NCBI GenBank assembly: GCA_030704615.1
Contig: CM060733.1
Span: 31,434,001-31,498,000 of the forward strand
DNA: 64,000 nucleotides
DNA from: Takakia lepidozioides
Lineage: Eukaryota > Plantae > Bryophyta
Direction: 5' to 3'
Part shown: piece by piece, positions 1-12,221 of the stretch
How positions within the stretch are numbered: position 1 is the first letter of the stretch
How the letters are laid out: the number at the start of each line of letters is the position of its first letter
Made by a program: the position numbers and the translations under genes
Notes under the pieces: model-generated
Told to the model about the DNA's origin: nothing
What the model saw: only the letters and a program-made list of their open reading frames with translations
Database searches by the model: none

Positions 1-1953
1 TGATTTATGCAGTCAAGAAATTCAGGCATTACCTATTGGGAAGAAAGTTTATGTTTTATGTGGATCACCAGGCTCTGATATATCTAGTGAACAAACCTTT
101 GATAAGTGGAAGGATAGCGAGGTGGTTAATAATCCTGCATGAGTTTGAGTTCAAAGTTATTTACAAGCCTGACCGTTTGCATCTTGTGGCAGATCATTTA
201 TCACGACTAACAACAGGAGAGGCCGCCACAGGAGTGGACGATCAGTTACCTGATGCGAGTTTATTTGTAATGGAGGTGCAAGGAAGTGCAGATGAATGGT
301 TAGATTGGCAGTGGCCAATCAGATACTACCTTACTCATGGTCAATGCCCACCTAGTTATGGTAAGGAGCAGAGGAAGAGAATCGCTATCAAAGCTCTACT
401 TACACTATGGTAGGGAGCAGAATGTATAAGCTAGTACCTGATGGAGTACTAAAACGATGCTTGTACCACCATGAAGTAAATAAAGTTTTGGAGGAAGTTC
501 ATAAAGGAGTGGCTGGAGGTCATTTTGGAGAAGAGACTACCAGTAGAAAGATACTACTCGCAGGTTACTGGTGGCCTACTTTGTTCAAAGATGTACACAA
601 GTATTGTCAGAGTTGTGATGAATGTCAGAGGCTGGGACCTTTGCAGAGATCTGGGAAAATGTCTTTGCATCCTACAATGCCTACGGAACCATTTCAGAAA
701 TGGGGACTAGACTTTGTTGGACCAATTAACCCACCAGCCAAGAATACACAGAACAGGTACATAATTACAGCCACAGATTATACTACGAAGTGGGTGGAAG
801 CTAAAGCTTTGAGGGACAACACAGCCAAGTCCACAACAAGGTTTCTGTATGAGAACATACTTACACGATTTGGCTGTCCCTTGGAATTTATCAGTGATCA
901 AGGAAGTCACTTCATTAATGAGACCATTGAATTGTTGACTAAAGAGTTCATGATTGTGCATAGGAAGAGTACAACATATTACCCACATGGTAATGGACAG
1001 GCGGAGGCTACCAACAGACACATAGGAAACATGAATTATACCATGTAGAAGAAGTACGTACAGATACAGCTGATAATATGACCAGAATTCAGATGAAGAG
1101 AAAGGAACAGTTTGATGAAGGCAAGTTAAAGACTTTTAAGACGGGGGAATTGGTTCTATGGTTGCAGAAGAAAGGAAAGATTAAAGCTTCTAAGCTTAAA
1201 TCACCATGGAAAGGACCTTATGTCATACAAAAGATGTATGATAACAACACCGCCATGTTACAAACCATTAACAAAGAGATGCTGGGAAGAGTCAATGCAA
1301 ATAAGTTGAAGGGGTACACTGGTATCCATGACAAACCAGTGCAGCATGATTTGCATGTTGAAACGCAAAAGAAGTCACGGGCTGCACCCGTGATACCAAC
1401 GGAGTATGGAACACTTGACGCTAGGCCGAGCATATATGATCTGGGCGGGCAGAACAAGCAAGAAACAGCCTGTCACAGCCCATCACGACGGGACACAGCC
1501 CATCACGACGTGACACAGGCTATCACAGCCCATCACGACGTGACACAGCATATCACAGCCCAGCACGGAGCAAATACAGCCTATCACAACCTACCACAGC
1601 GTGTCACAGCCTATCACAGCTTACCACAGTGCATCACAGCCTATCACAGCGTACCACCGTATGACACAGCCTGTCACAGCTCAACACAGCCTACTAGGGT
1701 TACACAATCCATAGAATCAGTGACAGGTGGACACAGGATAACTTCAGGGAAATGGCCGGCGAAAGAAAGGACGGAAGCCAGTTTAAAAATGGACACGTGG
1801 AAGTCAGGGCGCGACACACAGCTGAGAAGGAAGTGCAAGAGCAGGTGTCATAAAGAAAGAGGACAAGAATGGCCGTCAAAATACCTAATCAGCGCGTCAA
1901 ATTGGATGAATGGCGGGCCCATTAATGAATACGGAAAAAGGGGAACGGAATAA
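1..1953 (+). pseudogene. pol: Gypsy pol 3' part (RNaseH + integrase), frameshifted, with an internal deletion near 1015
   Basis: ORFs 36-413, 407-1048 and 1078-1953. Compared with copy 2 (about 26135-26370), roughly 235 bp of integrase is missing near 1015-1025. Confidence 0.9.
1465..1700 (+). repeat. 10/30-bp degenerate tandem repeat (ACAGCCTATC/ACAGCCCATC) downstream of pol
   Basis: Directly visible; the same array recurs at 26805-27105 and, inverted, at 38085-38435. Confidence 0.9.
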
Positions 1954-1986
1954 ACGGCAAGTACAGAAAAGTGAAATTCTTGTCAC

Positions 1987-4900
1987 ATGTGTGATCCTAG
2001 TGGACAATCCAGCAGAGAAAGTCCACTAAAGAAAATTAAATCTAAAATCCAGTCACAGCAGATACAGCCAATCAAAAGCCAGAGAAGGGATCAAGAAATT
2101 GGAGGGAAATTAAGCGCAAGAGTCGGCGTCGTTCTAAGTAACGGGCGTCGCGAAGGGACAAACCATCAATGCGATAGCTTTGAAGCTATGGAGGAACTAA
2201 CAGACTATACGCTTGCAATACTACTTACGCAGTGGCATAGGGACGAAACAACAGAGCGGATCTTTTCTCTTGAGCGATGCTTGCAAGCCTCGCAGGCTTA
2301 CAAGAAATTACCCATAGCTTTTTGTGGCAACCATACGTTTATGCTTTGTGCACTACAGGCATTTTTGCAGTTGTTACAGCCAAAACATTTCTGTGGGTCT
2401 AAAATGAAGAGAGTGAGAGGAATGGAGGAAATCAGGGTGAAGAGCACCACAATTCTGCAGAAACAAACGATTGCTACCCCACAGGCGATACAGATACTGA
2501 AGGAGCTGAGATTGCAAGGATTGCAAAGCATAGATTGGACATTGCACCATAGACAGTACATGTTACAATTCTTGCAGAACTTTGAGCCAAGGACAGGAAC
2601 AACAACGGTGAAGGGAGTTGAATTAGTAATTACTCCACTATACCTCCAGCAATTGTTTCGATTGCCAGTAGGTCAGGTGCATGTGGAGGAGCACAGGGCA
2701 AGACTGCAAATAGGGGACTTATTCCAAGAAGAAAATTTCTTTAAAACTCAGGGTTATGCTTGTACCAAGGCCGTGTACCCAAGGCTAAAGGAGGTAGGCC
2801 AGGTATTGAACGTTCTGTTTGCCATGAAACAGAACCAACAGTATTTGAGCAGATCCTTCACGGAGGAAATACTCAAAGCCCTGAAAGGACAAGAGGTAGA
2901 ATGGGCGGACATAATGTACAACGCACTGGTAGAGGAGATGAAAAGATTACAAGGTACTGCCGCAAAGTCTCCTATCATAGTGTCTGGCCCAATCATTGCT
3001 CAAATAATTCTTGATTCTGGCATACTTGATGCGCAAGAAAGAAAGGAGATGGGAGTGTTTGAGCCAGAAACCACTGCAGTGGAAGAGCAAGGCTCTTCAC
3101 ACAGTGAGGGTGGACTAGCAAGGCAACCCGAGACTAAGAGGCAGAGACGGGCAAAGACTGTAGTGGCGGATCCACTGGCTTCATGGATTCCGCATGATAA
3201 TGTTTCCCAAGCTCATGTGCAGGAAGGGGCACAGCAGCACAGAGAACTGCTATTACTGGAAGCAGGACCTTCAGAAAGGGAAGAGGAAGTTACTTCAGTA
3301 CCACAGCCATCACAACCAGAGGATCGGCTTGTCACAAGGTTACCACAAGTTGTCCATGTAGTTCAACAAGAAATAATTGATTTGGAAAAAGAAGGGTTAG
3401 ATATTCCAACTACAGAACAGATAGTGGCAGAAATTGAGAAGGGGGACCTTCTCTATGAATATTCTGGTCTGGTCAAGGAAACAGAGATTCCAGAGGCGCA
3501 ACAGATGCCCAAGGGAAATCCTGAGATGCATATAATACACACACCTGTGTCGGAGGTACCACATGTAGAATGCCAAGACACTGCAACACCGGTGACGAAT
3601 GAAGTGGTTCAGGAAGAAAATCTGGTGGGACAATGGCCTGAGTGGTTCGTAAGACATCACACTGTTGAGGATCAGGGAGAAAAGCAGCAAGCTCACCATG
3701 ATGACCCTCAATAGGCAATGCTTATGAGTTCCATAGGCAGAACACTTAATTTGTTGGGGACTTATGTGAAATCCCATGTTCCAACTACCCAATTGACAGC
3801 CTTGAGAGAGGAACTCAGGAAAGAGTTTGAGGCTCGACTAGCCACTGAGTGTGCAAACAAGGTCGATGAAGAAGTCACTCTCAAGATGCAGCAAGACTTG
3901 GAGAATACAGAAGCGGCTTTGCAATTGGCCAAGCAACAATTGATTGAGGCAGGCCTCGCGCAAGACCAATTGCACGAAGCACATAAGCAACAGCTATACC
4001 AAATGCAGGTGAAGCATGAAAGCAAGTTGCAAGAAGTGATTGCACTACATATGGAATTGCAGACAGTGCATGACAAAATGGCCATCCAATGTGCTACACT
4101 CACAACTATGCTTGACCAATCTACAAAAGAAATAAACAGTCAAGCGGAAAAATGTACGAAGGCAGAAGAAGAGAATGTTGAGCAAATGAAACTCATTGTC
4201 GATATGAAGAATATAATCTGTCGCAATGAGGATACTTTCAAGCAATACAGGCAGATTGAAGCTGATCAAGAGAGGCACATCCTGGAGTTGCAACAAACGA
4301 TCATGGCCAATAGAAATGAAATCTCGGTCACTAACAAGGCTTGGAAGGAAGCCAATAATCTACTTGCTGCCTAAGCGCATGGAGGCTTTACAACAGCAGT
4401 TAGAAGTATACAAACTAAGAGAGGAGCACACTCTCAGAGGAACCACAAGCAACTTGGTGGATAACAACCTTATGCAAGTCTGGTTAGCACAAGGGCCAGT
4501 GGAGGGCAAAGCACCACGAAAGCTCACCCAAAGCGAGATGAATGAGCTCAGACTGCAAGTGCAAAATATTGCCACAACTACTATAGACAATGTCTATAGT
4601 AGTATAGCAGAGTTACAGGAGGATGTAGATGGACTGCAGACTCAAGTGGAGGACCTCACTTCAAATATCGATAAAAGAGTCTATATACCTCAGGAACAGC
4701 TAATGGCTTCTTATTTACAAGCCAGAACTTTGGCTTTTCAGTCTTCACAGGAGGTGCAGGAGATGCCAATGATACAAGAGTCAATACCACCAACACCACA
4801 ACAAGTCACTGTGTCAGTAGCTGACCCTGTTGTTAATACAACCACACCACAGCCACCACAACTTGAGGTATGGGGCAATGCTGCTTTTAACCCACCTAAA

Positions 4901-5341
4901 ACTCCAGCTGCAAGGGAATACAGTAGGGCTATGATAATGCCCTTCAACCAAATTCCCATCATGTTGGATTTGGCTTGGAAAGAATTTAGTCCTCCGCAGT
5001 CATTGGCACATTACTACCAAATCATGCGCATTTGGCTGCCAGTGGCAACTAGGATTAAAGTTCTTCCGAACAATCGACCAATTGAGGATCATCACTTTGC
5101 ACAATACTGGCATGAGGCAGGTACAATGTTGAGAGAATTAATTGCCTTCCAAGTTGTACATGGATTCATTTATACCAAAACCAAGGAGGTAGCAAGTATT
5201 GTCATGGGATGCGCGTTATACTACGTTGCTTGTTTTCTGGTACGTTATCACATTGAGCAGCAAAAGATGCAATCGCGCTTTCTGAGTTATTCCAGTGGGG
5301 ATCATTGGGTCTTACCTTTAGTGCCACCTCATATGTACCTA
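1987..5341 (+). pseudogene. Gypsy additional 3' ORF: plant-mobile-domain/Transposase_32-like N-terminus, acidic linker, coiled coil; disrupted and truncated by the MULE insertion
   Basis: ORFs 1987-3714, 3718-4374 and 4226-5440 are one reading unit broken by a TAG and a short deletion. Segments MLQFLQNF...TVKGVELVITPLYLQQLFRLP and VEWADIMYNAL...GPIIAQII resemble retroelement accessory PMD-like domains (by eye). Confidence 0.7.
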
Positions 5342-5791
5342 GAGGTTTTGCTATTTCATGAGCATGAGCGGCATGAGCGGCATGAGCGGAGTAGTAAGAC
5401 AATCGGTTTTCATGAGCAGAAGTACAAATTTCGAAAATAATAAAAAATAATAAAAAACAATAATTTAATGCAATGTGTCAGGAAAAACAAATATATTATT
5501 CGGCCCCTTGAAGGGAAAATTGCAGTTTTGACAGTTGTGCTCATGATATTTCGTCTTCCGCTCATGCCAATTCCCAGCGACATGTGCAAATATGGCGCCG
5601 AATTTCGCGGTAATAGGGTCCGTAACCTGAAAAACGGCGACGTATTTCGCGGTAATAGGTCTCTCTGGCGAAAAATGGTGCCGAATTCTGCGGCTATAAG
5701 TCCCCTCATGACAGGTAATTCGGCGCCATTTTTCCAGTGCATGTTCGGACTTAGCCAGTTCGGACTTAGCATGTTCGGACGTGCAACTCAC

Positions 5792-7867
5792 CTCCCGCAT
5801 ATAGTCGCCGAACTGGAGGAAACGATAATGCCACCATGCTAGCCAACTGACCATTGCTACCTCGTCTGATTTCCTTACAACTGACGATGTCCACCAAGCC
5901 CGTATGCATGCAAACTGTGTCTCTGCATCATCCAAGGTAGGAGCGCGCTTCCACGCAAGGCAAATGGAACGGTGCTCCTCTCTGAAATCTGGCGCCACGA
6001 GCCTGGTTGTGTACTGCGAAAGGCTTTGTAGAAAATGGAACCCACAAGATCTCTCCTTGCCTTCCATGGGAACATTGGGGTCTTGCCCGTACACCCTTCG
6101 GATATTTGCTTGTGCGTTGTCCGCCATGAAACCACGGAAATTCGGAGGGGGCAATCCCGCCTTGGCCATCTGTTCGTTTATTCCCTGCCAAAGAAGCATC
6201 TCCGATTGTGTGTCCTCTCCTTTCATATCACAAATAGCAATTGTCATTAGCATCCTGCAGTGGGTGTCGTAGACATGTGCACCCATTGTCACCCACTGGT
6301 GATTTGTAATTCACTTGATATGGTCGAACATGACCCAACTGTTTGACAAGTTCCTACTCGTCATCCTGTCAACCAGTTCGACGCCGCTGCCAGGTCCACA
6401 CGTGGACATTTTGAATACGAAACAACGATCTGCCTCAGTCCCTTGTCCTGGAAACCTACTTCCATGAATGTAGTCATATCCACATCGTCGATTCACCTCC
6501 AGAATGGAGTGCATATCCGAGCCACACCCAATTTTCTGTTTGCATGAGACAATGTGGTTTCGGACATTCGGTGAACATACGTGGGACACCGACTCCAGCA
6601 ATGCCTCCATTTCCTTCTCGTCGAGAGGAACTCTATCGGAGCCGTCTTCCGACATAATTCTGGCCAATGCCATCTTATGGGCGGCTTGGAGCTGTATCTG
6701 TTTGGGTTTGGCACCCGGTCTCAACTTAACCTCCTCCTGAACGAGCTGCTCTGCTTCGTGGGCAGCCTCCCGCGAGTTCCCCCTCGCCAATTTGTGACAA
6801 TGGGAACCAACGTGTATGCAAGCTCGGGTGAGGTCAGGGAAACGGTGCAACACATAGAACTGCTTGGCATTACAAACAGACATGCAGTGTGGTGGTTCTT
6901 TGCAATGCGCACACTTAAATGTGGAGTTCGGAACCTTCTCCTGAGCTTGAAATGGTTGATGAGCTGTGCCTGTCCAATCGGTCTCGTTCCTGTGACCTCT
7001 GGATTTAAAGTGGAAGCAAGTTGGGGAGAAACACCGCAACGTGCCCGCACAAACAACGTAGCGCACCCGCACACCATCGAGCATCTTCATGCTGGTGGTT
7101 TTGGTAACGCACCAAGGATGACCGTCATGTTTTCTATCCATATCTGTCAACATTCCGGACGCCCTCGAGTAGTCCGCCCGAGGAGGGAACTCAAAGAAGA
7201 TATTACCGTCGACGTCGGCGGGAAGGCATGTAACCGATTTAATTGCGAACTTGCTGTAGTCCAGCCCGGCCAGCTCCGACCGGTGTCCCTCCAGGTGAAG
7301 CCCTCGCAGAATTTCAAGAATAGATCAAACTGCGGTGCTCGTGCTGGGAATATGACTCCCTCCTCCACTGACGTCCATTGAGGACTTGCTTGATCTCCAG
7401 GACGACCTCGGAACTTCCATGACCTCGTCTGAGTCGGACAGGTTGTGAACAACCCGGTTCTGGCTCGTCTTCATGGATGGGTTCGGCTCTGGATTTACTT
7501 CGTTGCGGACTTCTCTCTTTGAGGTAGCCACTCTCTGATTCGCGGATTGTTTCGTGGAAGGCACCAGGATAGAAGGTGCATTTGGCGGGCAAATGAAGTC
7601 CCCAACAGCCCTGTATATGACGCTGTCCAATGGTGGAACTCGCCATTCCCTGCCATCGCCGAAATCATCGTGGAGCACAACAATACTGTCGACAACAAGG
7701 CCGTTAGAGTCCTTCCTTTCCTCCTCCAAAAACACCGACCCCGGTTTCAGGTGGTATCGAACGCACAGATATTTCTCCATCACCCGGTAGGTGTCCCCTC
7801 TGCACGGAAATGAAGCTCTATGCTCGTGAGGAGGGCAGTACACTGTAGCGCTCGGGTTTTCCGCCAT
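5792..7867 (-). pseudogene. MULE transposase exon 1 (GCM-like Zn finger + DD and CxxH of the catalytic core)
   Basis: ORFs 7325-7882, 6311-7153 and 5465-6292 are joined through two CGA>TGA stops. Motifs WVMFDHIK, FMADNAQA, SCGFH. Splice donor GAG|GTGAG at 5792/5791. Confidence 0.85.
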
Positions 7868-8169
7868 GGGAGATGTGCACACAAGACTCCCAGGATGGAG
7901 TGCGGGGAAGCTCCCTGGTAGAAGGGGGATGCAGCGATGGGAATGAATGCGATGCCGATTTGTCCGAGCGACGAAGCCTGATCCAAATTGAGGGAGCCAA
8001 CTATCTCAAAAATCCACAGTCAGAGTGTTAATAAACCTTGTCTCCGGAATGCGGCCCCTGGTCTTTGCGCAATAACTGCCAACGGTATGCAGTCAGAAAG
8101 TGGGGGGCCGTCCGGATGATGACGGCTGAAGGGGAGAAGCCGGCACCGTGCCGTCACATTACTACCTCT

Positions 8170-10466
8170 GAATGGAAATTCGGCACCCAATATCCAACAG
8201 GGGAAGCCCGGATGAAGTCGCCTCGGGCGCAGAGGCCGGCGCGTGTGCGACAGAGAACATCCCCTGGATGGAGATTCGGCGCCGAATTTCCATCCAGCAG
8301 GTAAAGGAAGTCGTGTCGGGGGGTCAGGCCGAAAACTGGCCGGCATAAAAACATCCCCAGATGAAAAACGGCGCCGAATTTCCATCCGGGGCGGTTCGGA
8401 TGCAGTCGGGGAGGGGGGAGAGGCCGACACTTGGCCGTCACATTTCAACCCCCGGACGGAAATTCGGCACCGAATATCGAACAGGGGACGCCCGAATGAA
8501 GTCGCCTCGGGCGTAGAGGTCGGCACGTATTCGACAGAGAGCATCCCTTGGATGGAGATTCGGCGCCGAATTTCCATCCGGGCCCCCCCAAGGAAGTCTT
8601 GTCGGGGTGTCAGACTGAAAACTGGCCGACATAAAAACCTCCCCAGATGGGAAAACGGCGCCGAATTTCAATCCGCGGCCGTTCCAATGCGGTTGGGGGG
8701 GGGAGAGGTCGGCACCTGGCCGTCATATTTCAACTGCCGGACGGAAATTCGGCACTGAATATCCAACAGAGCGGCGGAGAGGCCGGCACCTCTCCGACAG
8801 AGACCAGCCCCCGGATGGAAATTCGGCGCCGAATTTCCACCCAGCAGGTAAGTGCAATCCCGGATGGATGGAAATCCGGCGCCGAATTTCCATCCAGCAG
8901 GTAAGTGAAATCCCGGATCGATCGAAATCCGGCGCCGCATATCCATCCTGCAGGTAATTCGAATCCCGGATGGATGGAAATTCGGCGCCGAATTTCCATC
9001 CAGCAGGTAAGTTGAATCCCGGATGGATGGAAATCCGGCGCCGAATTTCCATCCAGCAGGTAAGTGAAATCCCGGATCGATCGAAATCCGGCGCCGCATA
9101 TCCATCCTGCAGGTAATTCGAATCCCGGATGGATGGAAATTCGGCGCCGAATTTCCATCCAGCAGGTAAGTCGGATCGCTGGCGTATGGATATTCGGCGC
9201 CGAATTTCCATTCGTCAGGTATTTCATCGCTGAGAATTACCTTCCTGCAGGTAATTCTCAGCGATGAATTACCTTCCTGCAGGTAATTCTTATCGACGAA
9301 GGTAGGAAGGTAATTCCTCGCTCAGAATTACCTGCAGGAAGGTAATTCATCGCTGAGAATTACCTACAGGAAGGTAATTCTGAGCGAGGAATTACCTGCA
9401 GGAAGGTAATTCTCAGCGATGAAATACCTGCAGGATGGAAATTCGGCGCCGGATTTCGATCCATCCGGGATTCCAGTAACCTGCTGGATGGAAATGCGGC
9501 GCCGAATTTCCATCCATCCGGGATTCGAATTACCTGCTGGACGGAAATTCGGCGCCGAATTTCCAATCATCCGGGATTCCACTTACCTGCTGGATGGAAA
9601 TCCGGCGCCGAATTTCCATCCATCTGGGATTCGAATTACCTGCAGGATGGAAATTCGGCGCCGAATTTCCATCCATCCGGGATTCCACTTACCTGCTGGA
9701 TGGAAATCCGGCGCCGACCAACCTTGCGGATGGAAATCCGGTGCCGAATTTCCATCCATCCGCTCTTCGAATTACCTGCATGACGGAAATTTTGCGCGCC
9801 GACCTAGCTGGCGGTGGAAATCCGGCGCCGGATTTCCATCCATCCGCTCTTCGAATTACCTGCATGACTGGAAAAATGGCGCCGAATTTCCGATTTTGGT
9901 GCAAGTCAGATCTGGGACTTAGCCATTTTCGGCCCCGAAATGGAAAAATGGCGCCCAAAAAAAAAAAAAAAAAAAAAAAAAACGACATTTTTCCATGTCG
10001 GGGCCGAAAACGGCTAAATCCCAAATCTGACTGGCACCCAAAATCGGAAATTCGGCGCCATTTTTCCAGTCATGCAGGTAATTCGAAAAGCGGATGGATG
10101 GAAATCCGGCGCCGGATTTTCATCAATCCGCTCTTCGAATTACCGGCATGACGGAAATTTTGCGCGCCGACTTACCTGGTGGCGCCGGATTTCCATCCAT
10201 CCGCTCTTCGAATTACCTGCATGACTGGAAAAATGGCGCCGAATTTCCGATTTTGGTGCCAGTCAGATCTGGGACTTAGCCATTTTCGGCAACAAAATGG
10301 AAAAATGTCGCCGAAAAAAAATTAAAAAAAAAAAAAAAAAACGCCATTTTTCTAGTTCGGGGCCGAAAACGGCTAAGTCCCAGATCTGACTGGCACCCAA
10401 AATCGGAAATTCGGCGCCATTTTTCCAGTCATGCAGGTAATTCGAAGAGCGGATGGATGGAAATCC
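8170..10466. repeat. Palindrome array GGAAAT(T/C)CGGCGCCG(A/G)ATTTCC with poly(A)-centred foldback units
   Basis: Dozens of copies, e.g. the perfect 32-bp palindrome TGGATGGAAATTCGGCGCCGAATTTCCATCCA at 8971-9002. Confidence 0.95.
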
Positions 10467-12153
10467 GCTCGGTGGAGGGGCGGCAGTGCCGTCGTTACTC
10501 TCATGACCACAATGACAGGGAGGATGAACTTGCAAGGGAAACGACCTGCTGACAGGGAATAGAAAGGTGGGATTGCTGGCACAATCAAAGGCTAGTTAAA
10601 GTGATGGAGCAGCTCCATCACGACGAGCATCTGCCAGAGGTAGGGAGTGCAAACTGATACTGCCGCCATTGCATTCATGTGCGATTATTGAAAGCTGCAC
10701 TTGTGGGAGAAGCAATTGCTGCCAGATGACGGGCAGCGATGGGATTACTGACTTGACCACATGTTGATTGATGCAATCGCCAGCATGAGGGCGTTGGCTT
10801 GTGGACAGTGGTACAGGTTATCTGTAAATAAGGAAGCAAAGGAGTGAAATGTATAGAGCAAGAAGCTTTCAGATGATGACTGTCTGCTTGTTATCATATC
10901 AGATCGTAGGGTAGATTAGCAGAGATAGTAGGATAGGGTAGTTAGTTGGCAAGCGACAAGGTTACTGCCATAGGTTGAAACAGAGCCGTCATGACTCACT
11001 GAACGCTTGAATCGACGAAATATCTGAAAGGTGGAGTGGCAGAGCAATGATAGGATCTGACATGCATAGATCTTTGTTTTACAACGTGGCATTCAGACGA
11101 CAAGAGGAGTAGGGGAGCTGCTGACAGAGATGGTGAGGTGCCATTTCGGGCAGGCAATCCCACCGCTTCAGCTAGAGTATAAGAGAGCTAAGTTCGTAGA
11201 TGCAGGTCTCTTCTCTTACTTAGGGATAGTTGCTATGGAATTTTGGTAGAGATACTCTCAATGGAAATGAGGGAGATAGAAAAAGATTTTGGCAAATGGA
11301 ATGGAGACTTCTGGAATTCATACCAGTCCTGGTGGTAGAGAGAAAGTGAGGCAGGGTGGAAGTTATGTGGAGTGCTGCAAGAAGTTGGGAAGTCAGTTCT
11401 TAAACATAGGATGCTTCCTATTTTGGGAGGATGTGAATGAGGTTGAGTAAAGAAGAAGTGCCCATGACTTACAATGAGGGCAACATGCATATAATTAGGT
11501 TAGGCAGTAGCATTTTCAGAGAGAATGAATCAGGTGGAAGTAAACCTGTTGGCTGCTGATTGCATGATTACTGAGAAGCATGCAGGGGCTGAGGGCTGCA
11601 ACAGAGAAGATCACTTGAGGGTGATTATTGGTAGCCCATTTTGTATATGCAAGAAGGGATTGAGAGGGTTGAAAGTGTCATATGTCCTTGATGCAAAGGG
11701 ATGGGGAAAAGAGATCTTGACAGAGGAATGGTGGATCATCAAAGTGAGGCTATGTGTGTGTGAAAAACCCGAAGCCCGTTGTAGTTGAACCAGTGACCAT
11801 AAAACTTGATGTGTATTTCATGGAACTGGCCTGCCAGTATTATGAAGGGATTGCCCTTCATGGGTGCTGGCTAACCTGATTTTGTGATAATGTATGTCTT
11901 GAAACATTTAGGAAACAGAACCCTGGCATATGCAATACCCTGTTTACAAATGAGCCAAGTTATAAGGTTGAGAAACTTCTCAACCCCTGTCCATGTCTTC
12001 TCTTCCGCTGCGGCGTGGATGAGGGTACCCAATCTCTGATCATGAATAGAGTAGGAGTGATTAAGTGTGGTGTGAGTCTTAGGGCAGTAAGTGTGTATTT
12101 GGGTAAAGAACAATTTAGGAGTTAACTAGAAGGGGATTTATGCCCCCTTCTTT
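10467..12153 (+). repeat. 5' LTR (missing about the first 122 bp; fused to the MULE A array)
   Basis: Matches 15595-16553 plus 22521-~23248 with about a dozen mismatches seen by eye. Confidence 0.92.
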
Positions 12154-12165
12154 TGGTATCAGAGC
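12154..12165 (+). promoter_or_regulatory. Primer binding site, initiator tRNA-Met
   Basis: TGGTATCAGAGC immediately after the 5' LTR. Confidence 0.93.
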
Positions 12166-12221
12166 AGGCCGGTCTTTGATCCGGGAAATGTAGGATTTAG
12201 TGTAGCAAGATAGGGGAGTGA

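Larger units (their letters stand above)
1..5341 (+). mobile_element. Ty3/Gypsy LTR retrotransposon, copy 1 (partial: RNaseH-integrase plus 3' extra ORF); ends at the MULE copy A insertion
   Basis: RNaseH (VDHQALIYL...RIARW), integrase zinc finger (H..GHFG...CQSCDECQR), core (KWGLDFVGP, SDQGSHF, NGQAE) and GPY motif. Colinear with 25124-29888. Confidence 0.93.
5342..10466 (-). mobile_element. MULE-like DNA transposon, copy A (one end only; internally deleted and truncated)
   Basis: Starts GAGGTTTTGCTATTTCATGAGC exactly where Gypsy homology (…ATATGTACCTA) stops. 5342-5760 is the near reverse complement of about 22110-22512. Contains transposase exon 1 and palindrome arrays. Confidence 0.9.

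Noticed and set aside
1330-1953. Chromodomain or functional C-terminal extension of integrase
   Set aside because: The ORF runs through the 30-bp tandem repeat, its frame differs between copies, and there is no chromodomain aromatic pattern.
8020-10588. Many ORFs with MEIRRRISI / WKFGAEFPS / GNSAPNF peptides (also 17100-20300, 45100-47200, 54037-55955, 61438-62352)
   Set aside because: These are translations of stop-poor palindromic repeats on both strands, not genes.
11525-12113. Short ORFs duplicated at 22620-23208
   Set aside because: They are duplicated only because they lie in the LTRs; I see no recognisable domain.
11842-12150. Small hairpins in the LTR (ATGAAGGG-ATTG-CCCTTCAT; GAAGGGG…CCCCTTC)
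   Set aside because: Too short to assign a function; not terminators in a eukaryotic context.
12154-12165. tRNA gene
   Set aside because: Only the 12-nt PBS complement is present; no cloverleaf.
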